In this document: piece after piece, positions 9,364 to 20,073 of the stretch
How the letters are laid out: each line of letters starts with the position of its first letter
Numbering within the stretch: position 1 is the stretch's first letter
NCBI GenBank assembly: GCA_963778655.1
Contig: CAVZVA010000001.1
Location: 1 to 64,000, forward strand
Source: an uncultured delta proteobacterium
GTDB lineage: Bacteria; Myxococcota_A; Polyangia; Polyangiales; JAFGIB01
Reading direction: 5' to 3'
Length of the DNA stretch: 64,000 bases
Notes under the pieces: generated by a model
Told to the model about the DNA's origin: nothing
Seen by the model: only the letters and a program-made list of their open reading frames with translations
The model's database searches: none
Program-made: the position numbers and the translations under genes

Positions 9364-11817
9364 ATGGCTGGCTCCTCACCACAGCGCGCGGGCGCGGCGA
9401 GCGCCGCCGCGGCCGCCGTCGCGTGGCTACTCGCGCTGGGTCTGTGCGTGCTTGGCGGCAACGCCGCCGCGCAGGCCAACCGGCCGGGGCCCGCGCAGAA
9501 CCCGGCCGGCGCGCCCGGCGCGCCGCCAGCCGCGGCGGGAGCCGGCGCCACGGCGGCCTCGCCTCCGTGCTCGATCTACAACCTGATCCCGGCTGGGCTG
9601 ATCTCGGGCTTCGGGGTCGAGGGCGATACGCGCACCATCCGCGACCGGCAGCTCGCGACCGAGGGCACGCTGTGGGACTCCCCGCTCGGCGTACGCCTGC
9701 ACGACGCGCGTTCGGAGCTGCGCGTGGACCTGCGCTCGCCGCAGATGCTGCAATACCTGGTGCTGCAAGGGGACAACAACGACAGCTACCGGGTGGAGGG
9801 CAGCGCGGACAACCGCAGCTACCGGACGCTGTGGCTGGCGCCGTCGGTCGAGGTCGGCATGGGGCTGCGCACCCGCAGCGTCGTGCTGCCGAAGCCCGAG
9901 ACGGTGCGCTTCCTGCGCATCCGCGGCGAGGGCGGCGACGGCTTCTACTCGCTGTCGGAGCTGCGCGCCTACTGCAAGCGTCCGGCGGTCTGGCCGCCAG
10001 CGTTGAAGGTGCCGCCCAAGATCTACGGCTGGGCCGGCATCGACAACGACATCATGGTCTGGCTCAAGCTGATCGGCTCGGTGCTGGGGGCGGCGGTGCT
10101 GATCGTGCTGATGGCGCTGGGCCGCAACCGGGCGCGCCGGCGCAAGCCCTGGAAGCCGCGCTGGTGGGGCTACCCCGGCATCGCGGCTTGCGGCGGGCTG
10201 ACCGGCTGGAACCTCTACTACCTGACGCGCGACATCAAGTGGCTGCAGGTGACCGCGCTCGCGCTCACGGTCGTGCTGTGCTTGGCGCTCGCGCTCTACG
10301 ACCTGTGGCGACCGCTCAAGTGGCGCCGCGGCGACAGCGCGCTCGCGTTCATCGGCATCTTCGCGTTCTTCAGCTGGTGGAACCTGGGGCACTTCCACTT
10401 CGACCACTACGTGCACATCTGGGAGCACTACCACTATTACATCGGCGCCAAGTACGGACCGGAGCTGCGCTACGCCCGCATCTACGAGTGCACCGCGGCC
10501 GCCGACATGGCCGACGGGATGCGGGCGCGGGTCAAGAAGCGCGAGATGCGCGACCTGGCGACGACCAACGAGCTCGGGCCGAGCGACGCCATCCTCAACG
10601 ATCCGACGATCTGCACCCGCCACTTCACGCCGGCGCGCTGGGCTGCTTTCCGCGAGGACATCCGCTTCTTCCGCAATCACTTTCCGCCCAAACGCTGGGA
10701 CGAGTCGCAGACCGACCACGGCTACAACGGCACCCCGGTGTGGGCGATCGCCGGACGCTTGCTGGCCGACCACGGCAAGCTGACCTGGAACAAGATCGTC
10801 GACATCGCCTGCATCGACTCGGCGCTGCTGGTGCTGATGTGGGCCGCGAGCTGGTGGGCCTTCGGCTGGCGCGTGACCTGCGTGGGCATGATGTGGTGGG
10901 GCTTCGACTTTCCAGCACGCTACTACTGGAACGGCGGCTCGATGCTGCGCTACGACTGGCTGTTCTGGCTGTTGATCGGGATCTGCCTGCTCAAGAAACG
11001 CCATCACTTCGGCGCGGGCATGGCGCTCACCTACTCCACCCTGTTGCGCATCTTCCCCGGCTTCGTGGTGGCCGCGCTGATGCTCAAGGCGCTGGCGCGC
11101 ATCGTGCGCAAGCGCAGGCTGGTGATCTCGCGCAGCCACCTGCGCTTCGCGGGCGGGTGCATCCTGGCCTTCGCGATCTTGATCCCCGCCTCCGGCTGGG
11201 CGACCGGAGGGCTCGAGGCCTGGCAGGAATTCGTCCACAACAGCGAGAAGCACCTGTCGACCCCGCTGACCAATAACATGGGGCTCAAGACGGCGCTGGG
11301 CTACGACGCCGACACCAGCGCCAAGTACCTGCGCAACTCGGCGCTGCACGACCCATTCAGCGACTGGAAGGACGCGCGCGAGTACTACTACCACAAGCGC
11401 GCGCCCATCCTGTACGCGCTGATCCTGTTGTTCTGCGTGATGCTGGCGCACGCCGGCGAGCGCGAGCCCGACTGGGCCATCGCGTGCCTGGGCACGGGGC
11501 TGATCGCGATGGCCTCGGAGCTCACCTGCTACTACTACGGCTTCCTGCTCGCCTACGGCTTGTTGTGGAACAGGCACAAGCTGCCGGCAATCGCCGTGGC
11601 CTTGCTCTCGGCCCTGACCTGCGCGCTGTACCTGATGATCGACTGGAACGACGATCACTTCGCCGGCATGAGCCTGGCCACCTCGATCGTGGTGGTGCTG
11701 GTCACGGCGCTGATCGCGTACGGCCCGCGCACCCAAACCGCGCGCGAGCGCGAGCCCCGCGCCGCGCCGCCGCTGCGCGCAGGCGAGCCGGGCCCGGAGC
11801 CGCAATCGGCGGAGTGA
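9364..11817 (+). CDS. Discoidin-like domain fused to a polytopic GT-C (GT87-like) membrane domain
   Basis: Signal peptide; LQGDNNDSYRVEGSAD...VRFLRIRG.GGDG.YSLSE; many TM segments; HIWEHYHYYIGAKY and DHGYNGTPVW loops. Start uncertain (9343 or 9364). Confidence 0.6.
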   Translation: MAGSSPQRAGAASAAAAAVAWLLALGLCVLGGNAAAQANRPGPAQNPAGAPGAPPAAAGAGATAASPPCSIYNLIPAGLISGFGVEGDTRTIRDRQLATEGTLWDSPLGVRLHDARSELRVDLRSPQMLQYLVLQGDNNDSYRVEGSADNRSYRTLWLAPSVEVGMGLRTRSVVLPKPETVRFLRIRGEGGDGFYSLSELRAYCKRPAVWPPALKVPPKIYGWAGIDNDIMVWLKLIGSVLGAAVLIVLMALGRNRARRRKPWKPRWWGYPGIAACGGLTGWNLYYLTRDIKWLQVTALALTVVLCLALALYDLWRPLKWRRGDSALAFIGIFAFFSWWNLGHFHFDHYVHIWEHYHYYIGAKYGPELRYARIYECTAAADMADGMRARVKKREMRDLATTNELGPSDAILNDPTICTRHFTPARWAAFREDIRFFRNHFPPKRWDESQTDHGYNGTPVWAIAGRLLADHGKLTWNKIVDIACIDSALLVLMWAASWWAFGWRVTCVGMMWWGFDFPARYYWNGGSMLRYDWLFWLLIGICLLKKRHHFGAGMALTYSTLLRIFPGFVVAALMLKALARIVRKRRLVISRSHLRFAGGCILAFAILIPASGWATGGLEAWQEFVHNSEKHLSTPLTNNMGLKTALGYDADTSAKYLRNSALHDPFSDWKDAREYYYHKRAPILYALILLFCVMLAHAGEREPDWAIACLGTGLIAMASELTCYYYGFLLAYGLLWNRHKLPAIAVALLSALTCALYLMIDWNDDHFAGMSLATSIVVVLVTALIAYGPRTQTAREREPRAAPPLRAGEPGPEPQSAE

Positions 11818-11844
11818 GCGCTCGCCGCGATCCGTAGCTCTTCA

Positions 11845-11920
11845 GGATTCACGGGAAGACGGGAAGAGGGCTTGGACAGTCCGGCTCCCAGAGCCTTCCC
11901 GCCTTCTCGCCTTCGTGTTT
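11845..11920. repeat. GGGAAG-family imperfect palindromic intergenic repeat, copy 1
   Basis: GGATTC-ACGGGAAGACGGGAAG ... CTTCCCGCCTTCTCGCCTTCGTG between convergent genes. Confidence 0.75.
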
Positions 11921-11924
11921 CTCT

Positions 11925-13073
11925 CTACTTGCGCGTGCGCGCCGGGTAGCAGCCCAGCACCTTGAGGAAGCTGGTGTTGGCGCGCATCTGCTCCAGCGCG
12001 CTGCTGACCGCCTCGCTGTCGAGGTTGCCCTCGAAGTCCACGTAGAACAGGTACTCGAACGGCGAGCTCATCCGCGGCCGCGACTCGAGCTTGGTCAGGT
12101 TCAGACCCTGGTCTGCGAGCAGATTGAGGCAGCGCACCAGCGCGCCTTGCTCGTGGCGGGTCGAGAAGATCAGCGAGGTCTTGCACGGAATCGACTCGTC
12201 GAAGTGTAGCGGCGTGCGCGCGACCACCATGAAGCGGGTGAAGTTGTCGCTCTGGTTCTCGACGTTGTGGGCGATCACCTGCAGCCCGTACAAGCTCGCC
12301 GCACGCGAGCTCGCGATCGCCGCCTGCGTCTCATCGGCCTCGGCGCGCACCTTCTTCACGCTCATCGCGGTGTCGGTGAACGCCAGCACCTGGCAGTCGC
12401 GCAGGCCGGCCAGAAAGCTGGAGCACTGCGCGAGCGCCTGCGGATGCGAGTACACGCGGCGGATGTGGCCGAGCTCGGTGCCGGGCAAGCCGACCAGGCA
12501 GTGCTCGACCCGCAGCACTTCCTCGCCGACCACCGACAGCGGGGTCTGGGCGAGCAGATCATAGGCCTCGTTGATCGAGCCGGCCGTGGTGTTCTCGACA
12601 GGGAGCATGCCGTAGTCGGCCTCGCCGTGGCTGACCGCCTGCAGCATCGCGCGGAAGCTCTCGCAGCCCAGGCACTCGAGCTCACCGTCCCAGTCGGCGA
12701 AGTGCTGCTCGGCCGCGATCTGGCTGTAGGCGCCGGCGGCTCCCTGGTACGCGACGACCACGCGGTCGGGATCGCGGCGCTGCGGCGCGTGCTGGTCGAT
12801 CGCGTGTCGCTGCTGCGCGCGCAACGACGCGGCCAGGATCTCGCGGTACAGCTTGCGCACCAGATACGCGCTGGCACCGCGCTCGCGCGCCAGCGCGCTC
12901 AGGCGCGACAGCATGCCCTGCTCGCGCTCGGGGTCGCGCAGGGGCAGACCCTGCGCGTGCTTGACGCGCGCGATCTCCTGCACCACGCGCTCGCGCTCGG
13001 CCACGCTCTCGACCACCCGGTCGTCGAGCGCGTCGAGGCGTTCACGCAAGCGTTCGAGCTCGTCCTGCGCCAT
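11925..13073 (-). CDS. pheA: Chorismate mutase / prephenate dehydratase (P-protein)
   Basis: N-terminal AroQ-type CM (LRERLDALD...RDPERE); YQGAAGAYS, PVENTTAGSI, SHPQALAQC, NFTRF; ACT domain LTKLESRP. Confidence 0.95.
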   Translation of the reverse strand: MAQDELERLRERLDALDDRVVESVAERERVVQEIARVKHAQGLPLRDPEREQGMLSRLSALARERGASAYLVRKLYREILAASLRAQQRHAIDQHAPQRRDPDRVVVAYQGAAGAYSQIAAEQHFADWDGELECLGCESFRAMLQAVSHGEADYGMLPVENTTAGSINEAYDLLAQTPLSVVGEEVLRVEHCLVGLPGTELGHIRRVYSHPQALAQCSSFLAGLRDCQVLAFTDTAMSVKKVRAEADETQAAIASSRAASLYGLQVIAHNVENQSDNFTRFMVVARTPLHFDESIPCKTSLIFSTRHEQGALVRCLNLLADQGLNLTKLESRPRMSSPFEYLFYVDFEGNLDSEAVSSALEQMRANTSFLKVLGCYPARTRK

Positions 13074-13133
13074 CGGCCGGACACTAGCACAAGGGGTGCG
13101 GCTTCAACGCGCCGGCCAGCCGGGAGGGGATGC

Positions 13134-13202
13134 CACAGGAAGGCGGGAAGGCGGGAAGGCGGGAAGGCGGAAGATCCCTCTTGGCTTCCCGTCTTGTGAT
13201 CC
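13134..13202. repeat. GGGAAG-family repeat, copy 2, with tandem 8-mers
   Basis: CACAGGAAG(GCGGGAAG)x3 GCGGAAG ... CTTCCCGTCTTGTGATCC. Confidence 0.75.
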
Positions 13203-13216
13203 GTCCGAACCGCTGG

Positions 13217-13387
13217 CTAGAGCACCGAACATATTGAAACACGCACGATTTCGGGGCCCTCGCGGGCGCATGGCACGCGCGCTCCCCGCTCGACGTAGGA
13301 TGGACTACGCCTTCGGGCTCCCGCCCGCACCCTGCATCCCGCCATGACCCCGACTTCGCACACGTTTCAATAGGTTCGGTGCTCTAG
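13217..13387. mobile_element. MITE-like non-autonomous element A (171 bp, CTAG at both ends)
   Basis: Left CTAGAGCACCGAACATATTGAAAC versus reverse complement of right end CTAGAGCACCGAACCTATTGAAAC (23/24); pairing extends imperfectly to about 40 bp; no credible ORF. Confidence 0.75.
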
Positions 13388-13390
13388 TTT

Positions 13391-14038
13391 CTAGTGCAGC
13401 GTCGCGCACAGCGCCGCAACCGCGACCAGCACGAAGCGATCGGTGTCCGCGCCGCCGGTGGGATTGGCGGCCACGCCCGAGAGCAGCGAGAGGGTAGCGC
13501 CCAGGCCCACGCCGCGGGTGATCCAGAGCTGCTTGCCGAGCGCCAGGTGCGCGCCGAAGCCCACCGCGCTCTGCTCCGAACTGGGCAAGGTCACGTCCAG
13601 ATGCACCGGGCTGCCCTGCACGCTGGAGCGCGAGACCCCGAGCGATCCGGTCAGGTACAGATTTGCGGGCATCAGCCAATAGGTGAGGCCCCCGCCGAGA
13701 AACACCGCGCTGAACGCGGTGTCGGCCAGCGTGCCGTGCTCGGCGCTGGCCGAGCGCGCGAACATCAGATCCATGTCGAGCGCGAGATCCTCGGCCAGCG
13801 TGGTGCCGAGCGCGAAGTCGACGCCCACCCCGACGCCGCGCGTGCGGCCGGAGCCGCCTTCGCCCACGGACTGGAAGCCGTAGAGCAGGGCCGGGCCGGC
13901 GAACAGCCGCGCCTGGGCGCCCAGGTGGTGCGCGGGGTCGGGCTCGGCGGCACGCGCGGGAGTCGCCCAGCCGGCGAGCCAGGCGGCCCAGGCCAGCGCG
14001 GCAAGCGGGCGGCGATCAGGCGGACGACACGTAGGCAT
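13391..14038 (-). CDS. Secreted protein, probable small outer-membrane beta-barrel
   Basis: Signal peptide ending ARA-A; alternating amphipathic strands (GVGVDFALG, LGGGLTYWLMP, LALGKQLWI). Confidence 0.6.
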   Translation of the reverse strand: MPTCRPPDRRPLAALAWAAWLAGWATPARAAEPDPAHHLGAQARLFAGPALLYGFQSVGEGGSGRTRGVGVGVDFALGTTLAEDLALDMDLMFARSASAEHGTLADTAFSAVFLGGGLTYWLMPANLYLTGSLGVSRSSVQGSPVHLDVTLPSSEQSAVGFGAHLALGKQLWITRGVGLGATLSLLSGVAANPTGGADTDRFVLVAVAALCATLH

Positions 14039-14230
14039 GATCTTGCGCGGCTGCAGAATTGCACGGTTGCCGATGTGGCGCACCCCCGCAGGTGCATGCC
14101 TGCGGGCCGCTTTCCCCGCCGCGAACCCGATGCCGGCGCGCGCGCCGGGCCGCCAAGCGCAGTTGATCGACCGCAACAGCTTGGAGCCGGCGCTGAGCTA
14201 GGCTGAACCTCGGCTCATTCGTGACCGACC

Positions 14231-14278
14231 TGGACCTCGCCGGGGCGTTGGGGAAGAACGGTAGCCCCGGCGGGGTCC
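14231..14278. terminator. Strong GC hairpin downstream of the oxidoreductase gene (terminator or stability element)
   Basis: GGACCTCGCCGGGGC ... GCCCCGGCGGGGTCC; no clear U-tract. Confidence 0.4.
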
Positions 14279-14284
14279 TCCCTC

Positions 14285-15298
14285 CTAAGGTGAAGCGCCA
14301 TCGGGGGCCGCTTCAGCCCCGTCGCGCGCGGTCAGGATCAGCTTGCCGACGCTCTTGCGCTGGCCGAGCTCGGCGAGCGCGCGCGCGGCCTCGCGCAGCG
14401 GATAGCGCGCGTGGATCAGCGGGCGCACCACGCCGCGTGCATACAGCTCGAGCAGCCGCTGGTTGGCCTCGCGCAGGCGCTCGGGCGCGTGCTGTGCGTA
14501 GCTGCCCAGGTTGAGGCCGACGACCGCGATGTGCTTGAGCAGCACGCGGTTCAAGCGCAGCTCTGGGATCTGGCCCGAGGAGAACCCGATCACCAGCAGC
14601 CGCCCGCCCCAGGCGATGCACTTGAGCGAGCGTTCGAACACGTCGCCACCGACCGAATCGTAGATCACGTCGGCCCCGCGACCGGCGGTCAGCTCGCGCA
14701 CGCGCTCGGCCCAGCCCTCGGCGCGCGTGAGCACGACCTCGTGGGCGCCGTGCTCGCGGCACAGCGCGAGCTTGTCCTCGGAGCCCGCTCCCGCGATCAC
14801 GCGCGCGCCGAGCGCGACCCCGATCTGCAGCGCCGCCAGCCCCACGCCCCCGGCCGCCGCGTGGACCAGCAGCGTCTCGCCGGAGGCCAGGCGCGCGCAG
14901 TCGCACAGCGCGAGGTACGCGGTCTGGTAGGCCACCCCGAGTGCGCAGGCATCGGCAAAGGGCATACCTTCGGGCAGCGGCCGCACCCGGCGCGCATCGG
15001 CCAGCACCCGGGTGGCATAGCCACCGTAGCCGAGCTGCGCGCTCACCGCCTGACCCGCGCGCAAGCCGCTCACGCCCGGGCCGAGCGCGCCAATCCGGCC
15101 TGCCACCTCGCTGCCCGGCGAGAACGGCAACTCGGGCCGCAGCTGGTAAGCCCCGCGGCACAGCAGCAGGTCCGCGAAGTTGCAGCCGGCGGCCTCCACC
15201 TCGATGCACACCTGCCCCTGTCCTGGGATGGGGTCGGGCAGCTCCACCAGCTCCAGCTTGTCGGGCTCGCCCAGCGCCCGCATGAGCATCGCCTGCAC
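14285..15298 (-). CDS. NADPH:quinone oxidoreductase family protein (MDR, zeta-crystallin-like)
   Basis: AAGCNFAD, PFSPGSEVAG, LVHAAAGGVG, GRLLVIGF, GKLIL. Confidence 0.9.
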   Translation of the reverse strand: MQAMLMRALGEPDKLELVELPDPIPGQGQVCIEVEAAGCNFADLLLCRGAYQLRPELPFSPGSEVAGRIGALGPGVSGLRAGQAVSAQLGYGGYATRVLADARRVRPLPEGMPFADACALGVAYQTAYLALCDCARLASGETLLVHAAAGGVGLAALQIGVALGARVIAGAGSEDKLALCREHGAHEVVLTRAEGWAERVRELTAGRGADVIYDSVGGDVFERSLKCIAWGGRLLVIGFSSGQIPELRLNRVLLKHIAVVGLNLGSYAQHAPERLREANQRLLELYARGVVRPLIHARYPLREAARALAELGQRKSVGKLILTARDGAEAAPDGASP

Positions 15299-15345
15299 GC
15301 GCCGGTGATAGCCGATCGGCGGAGGATTTGGTACAGCCGAGGTCC

Positions 15346-16728
15346 ATGGACGACGAACTGCGCAAGCTCTCGGCGTATCCGCGCCACGTGGTGGTGGTGT
15401 GCGGAGGCGCAGTCTCCGGCTCCGAAACCGCGGCGTACTGCGCCGCGCGTGGGGTGGCCGCGATCGTGCTCGAGCAGAACGAGCGGCCCTACGGCAAGAT
15501 CGAGGACGGTCTGCCGCGCTGGCACGACAAGCTGCGCGCCAAGGAGTACGAGCGCATCGATCAGAACCTCAGCCAGGAGGGCGTGTACTTCGTGCCGATG
15601 ACCCGGCTCGGCCGCGATCTCGCGTTCGAGCAGGTCGCGCGCGGCTGGGGCGCGAGCGCGCTGCTGCTGGCCAACGGCGCCTGGCGCGACCGCCCGCTGC
15701 CGGTGCCGGGCGCAGAGCAGTACGTGGGCCGTGGGCTGGTCTACCAGAACCCCTTCGTCTACTGGTTCAACCACTACGAGGAGCCGGGCTACGACGGGCC
15801 GCGCTACGAGGTCAAGGACGGCGCGGTGGTGGTGGGCGGCGGGCTGGCCTCGGTCGACGTGGTCAAGATCATCAACATCGAGCTGTATCGCGCCGCGCTG
15901 CGTGCCCGCGGGATCTCGGTATCGGTGGTGGAGATGGAGCACAAGGGCATCACCGCCACGCTGCAGCAGCACAGCATCGACCCGGCCGCGCTCGGCGTGC
16001 ATGGTTGCACGCTCTACTATCGCCGCCGCGTCAAGGACATGCCGCTGGCGTTCGCGAAGCCCGGCGCCACGCCCGAGCAGCTCAAGAAGACCGAAAGCGT
16101 GCGCGAGAAGATGGTCGGCATCCTGGCCGAGAAGTTCCGCGTGCGGGTCGAGGACTGCATGCTGCCGGTGGCGCCGATCGCGGAAGGCGGGCGCATGGTC
16201 GGCCTCAGCTTCCGCCGCACCGCGGTCGAGAATGGCAAGTCGGTCGAGATCGCGGGCAGCGAGCGCGAGGTGCGCTCGGAGCTGATCGTCAGCTCGATCG
16301 GCAGCGTGCCCGAGCCGATGGCGGGCGTGCCCGCCAAGGGCGAGCTCTACGACTACGCCAGCTGGGAGACCGGCTCGCTGCGCGGCCTGCCCGGGGTGTT
16401 CGGCCTGGGCAACGTGCTCACCGGCAAGGGCAACATCCGCGACAGCCGCGAGAACGCGGCCGAGATCTCGGACCTGGTGATCCGCGACTACCTGGGGCTG
16501 AGCGAGGCGGCGGGCGAGAGCCGCGCGCTGGCGGCCAACCTGGTCGATGGCGCGCACCAGTCGGCCAAGGCCGCGGCAAAGAGCGTGGTCGAGAGCGCGA
16601 TCCGCCGCGCCAAGGTGCCGGTCGAGCGGCTTTCGCAGATGGCCGAAGCGATCGACGCGCGCTGGCGCGCGGTCGGCTACGAGGGCAGCTTCGCGGCGTG
16701 GATCGCACGCCACCCGCCGCTGTCCTGA
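15346..16728 (+). CDS. FAD/NAD(P)-dependent oxidoreductase, ferredoxin-NADP/adrenodoxin-reductase-like
   Basis: VVVCGGAVSG, PYGKIEDGLPRWH, VVVGGGLASVDV, YYRR, SSIGS, GNVLTGKGNI. Confidence 0.7.
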   Translation: MDDELRKLSAYPRHVVVVCGGAVSGSETAAYCAARGVAAIVLEQNERPYGKIEDGLPRWHDKLRAKEYERIDQNLSQEGVYFVPMTRLGRDLAFEQVARGWGASALLLANGAWRDRPLPVPGAEQYVGRGLVYQNPFVYWFNHYEEPGYDGPRYEVKDGAVVVGGGLASVDVVKIINIELYRAALRARGISVSVVEMEHKGITATLQQHSIDPAALGVHGCTLYYRRRVKDMPLAFAKPGATPEQLKKTESVREKMVGILAEKFRVRVEDCMLPVAPIAEGGRMVGLSFRRTAVENGKSVEIAGSEREVRSELIVSSIGSVPEPMAGVPAKGELYDYASWETGSLRGLPGVFGLGNVLTGKGNIRDSRENAAEISDLVIRDYLGLSEAAGESRALAANLVDGAHQSAKAAAKSVVESAIRRAKVPVERLSQMAEAIDARWRAVGYEGSFAAWIARHPPLS

Positions 16729-18290
16729 TGGGCGTGCAGATCGGACAGGTGCTGCGCCACGCGGCCGCGAGCTGGCCCGCGCGGCAGGCGCTGCTGGACG
16801 CCGGCCGGCCGAGCGACATGCCGCGGGCGCTGTCCTTTGCCGAGCTCGACCGCGAGGCACGCCAGGTGACCGCGCTGCTGCTGGGCCACGGCCTGCAGCC
16901 CGGCGGGCGGGTGGCACTGATCGGCGAGAACAGCGCCGAGCTGGTAGCGGCCTGGTTCGGCATCGTCTACGCCGGCTGCGCGGTGGTCCCGGTGCCGCTG
17001 CTGTCGGCGGCGCCCGAGCTGCGCTTTCGCATCGAGCACGCAGGCTGCAGGGCGGTGCTGTTCGACGCGCGGCGCGCGGCGCTGGTGCGCGAGGCGCTGG
17101 CGGGCCTGCACCCGGCGCCGGCCGCGCTCGAGCTGGCGCACGCTGCGCACGGCGCGCTGCCGCCGCCCGAGCGCATCGCGGACTGCGCCCCCGGCGACGC
17201 CGCGATGGTGCTGTACACCTCGGGCACCACCGGCAAGCCCAAGGGCGCGATGATCAGCCACGCCTCGCTGTGCCTGCACACGGCGGCGCTGGTGCATCAC
17301 ACGCTGCGCCTGAACGAGCAGGATTGCGTGCTCGGGGTGCTGCCGCTCAGCCACAGCTACGGCTGCCGCATGGTGATGCTGGCGAGCCTGTTCGCTGGCG
17401 CGCGCAGCGTGCTGCTGCCGCGCTTCGACGCGGCGCGCTCGCTCGCGCTGATGCAGCAGCACGCCGTGACCTGGCTGCCCGCGGTGCCGACCATGTTCGC
17501 AGCCTGGGCCGCCGAGCCGCCCGGCCCGCCGCTGCCCGCGTTGCACTGGTGCCTCTCGGCCGGCGCGCCGCTCTCCGAGCAGACCGCGCTGCGCGCGGAG
17601 CAGCGGCTGGGCGCGCAGGTGCGCCAGGGCTACGGCATGACCGAGGCGACTTTCTGCTGCGTCAATGCGCCGCCCGACGCGCGCGTGCTCGGCAGCGTGG
17701 GCAAGCCGACGTGGGGTATCGAGGTGCGTGTGGTCGACGCCGCGGGCCGCGACTTGCCCCCCGGCCAGGACGGCGAGGTGATGGTGCGCGGCCACAACCT
17801 GATGAGCCGCTACCTGCACGACGCCGAGGCCACGCTGGCGGCCGGTCGCGAGGGCTTCTTCCGCAGCGGCGACGTGGGCCACTTCGACGCCGAGGGGCGG
17901 CTCGCGATCGTGGACCGGATCAAGGACCTGATCATCCGCGGCGGCTACAACGTGTACCCGTCCGAGGTGGAGGCGGTGCTGTGCGCGCACCCCCAAGTGC
18001 TGCAGGCCGCGGTGTTCGGCCGCCCCGACGACTACTACGGCGAGCAGGTGGTGGCGGTGGTGGTCGCGCGCGCGGGCGCGACGCTCGACGCCGCGGGGCT
18101 GTCGGCGTGGGCGCGGGCGCGCATCGGCAGCAGCAAGCTGCCGCGCGAGCTGGCCTTCGTGGACGCGCTGCCGCTGGGGCCCTCGGGCAAGGTGCAGAAG
18201 CGCGAGCTGCGGCAGTGGCTGCAGGACGGGCGCTTGCGCTTGATCGACGCAGGCGACACCCTCGCCAGCGACAAGAAAGAAGGGAGCTAG
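16728..18290 (+). CDS. AMP-dependent acyl-CoA synthetase (long-chain fatty-acid CoA ligase family)
   Basis: YTSGTTGKPKG, QGYGMTE, FRSGD, DRIKDLIIRGG.NVYPSEVE, GPSGKV; TGATG coupling to the upstream gene. Confidence 0.9.
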   Translation: MGVQIGQVLRHAAASWPARQALLDAGRPSDMPRALSFAELDREARQVTALLLGHGLQPGGRVALIGENSAELVAAWFGIVYAGCAVVPVPLLSAAPELRFRIEHAGCRAVLFDARRAALVREALAGLHPAPAALELAHAAHGALPPPERIADCAPGDAAMVLYTSGTTGKPKGAMISHASLCLHTAALVHHTLRLNEQDCVLGVLPLSHSYGCRMVMLASLFAGARSVLLPRFDAARSLALMQQHAVTWLPAVPTMFAAWAAEPPGPPLPALHWCLSAGAPLSEQTALRAEQRLGAQVRQGYGMTEATFCCVNAPPDARVLGSVGKPTWGIEVRVVDAAGRDLPPGQDGEVMVRGHNLMSRYLHDAEATLAAGREGFFRSGDVGHFDAEGRLAIVDRIKDLIIRGGYNVYPSEVEAVLCAHPQVLQAAVFGRPDDYYGEQVVAVVVARAGATLDAAGLSAWARARIGSSKLPRELAFVDALPLGPSGKVQKRELRQWLQDGRLRLIDAGDTLASDKKEGS

Positions 18291-18294
18291 CCAG

Positions 18295-19284
<990 letters not shown>

Positions 19285-19293
19285 GCCGCACCA

Positions 19294-19360
19294 GATTTCA
19301 CGGGAAGACGGGAAGGCGGGAAGGGCAGACCTCTTCCTCCTACGTCCCGTCTTCCCACTT
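19294..19360. repeat. GGGAAG-family repeat, copy 3
   Basis: GATTTCACGGGAAGACGGGAAGGCGGGAAG ... TCCCGTCTTCCCAC between convergent genes. Confidence 0.75.
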
Positions 19361-19370
19361 GCTGTTGCGC

Positions 19371-19874
19371 TCATCCCGGCTGCGTCTTGCGTTCGAGCTC
19401 CGCCTTGAGCTGCAGGCGCGACGCGCGGCGGACCTGCGCCTCGCGGAAGCGTCGCTTCTCCTCGCCGGTCTCGGGTACGACCGGCGGCACCGCGCGCGGC
19501 TGTCCGTGCTCGTCGATCGCAACGAACGTCAGGTACGCGGTGGCCACGTGCGTGCGCACGCCGGTCAGCGGATCCTCGCTCTCCAGCCGCGCGCCGATCT
19601 CCATCGAGGTGTGACCGGTGTAGTTCACGCTGGCGCGGATGCACACGAAGTGACCGAGCTTGACCGGCGTCACGAAGTGAAGGGCGTCGATGCTGGCGGT
19701 CACGCACACGCCGCGCGCGTGGCGTCCGGAGGCCACCGAGGCCGCGATGTCGATCCACGCCATCAGCTGGCCGCCAAAGATGGTGCCGAGCTGGTTGGTA
19801 TGCCCAGGTAGGACGATTTCGGTCATCTCCACCCTCGAATCCCGCACCGGTTTGCCCTGAGGTCGCTCGTTCAT
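19371..19874 (-). CDS. Acyl-CoA thioesterase (hotdog fold, YciA-like)
   Basis: MTEIVLPGHTNQLGTIFGGQLMAWID, VTASID, TSMEIG, AYLTFVAID. Confidence 0.9.
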   Translation of the reverse strand: MNERPQGKPVRDSRVEMTEIVLPGHTNQLGTIFGGQLMAWIDIAASVASGRHARGVCVTASIDALHFVTPVKLGHFVCIRASVNYTGHTSMEIGARLESEDPLTGVRTHVATAYLTFVAIDEHGQPRAVPPVVPETGEEKRRFREAQVRRASRLQLKAELERKTQPG

Positions 19875-20073
19875 CGCCCGAAGGTCGTGCGTGAGGGCGC
19901 GTGCGTCAAGCGGAGCGGCCGCATCTCGGGGTCCGGGGCATGGTGAATAATATAGTAATTTCAAATATTTGCGCGCGAGCTCCGATGCCCTGTGCGGCGC
20001 GTGTGAAAATCGGCGACGGAATCCCGAAGCTGCTGCGTTTGCATGGCTGAACCCCGAAAGGAGATCGTCAGTC

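Noticed and set aside
13134..13175. Tandem GCGGGAAG units as a CRISPR array
   Set aside because: 8-bp units with no spacers, and no cas genes.
15399..18290. 963 aa ORF suggesting a fused ligase
   Set aside because: The first half is an off-frame shadow of the flavoprotein gene; the ligase starts at ATG 16728 (TGATG coupling).
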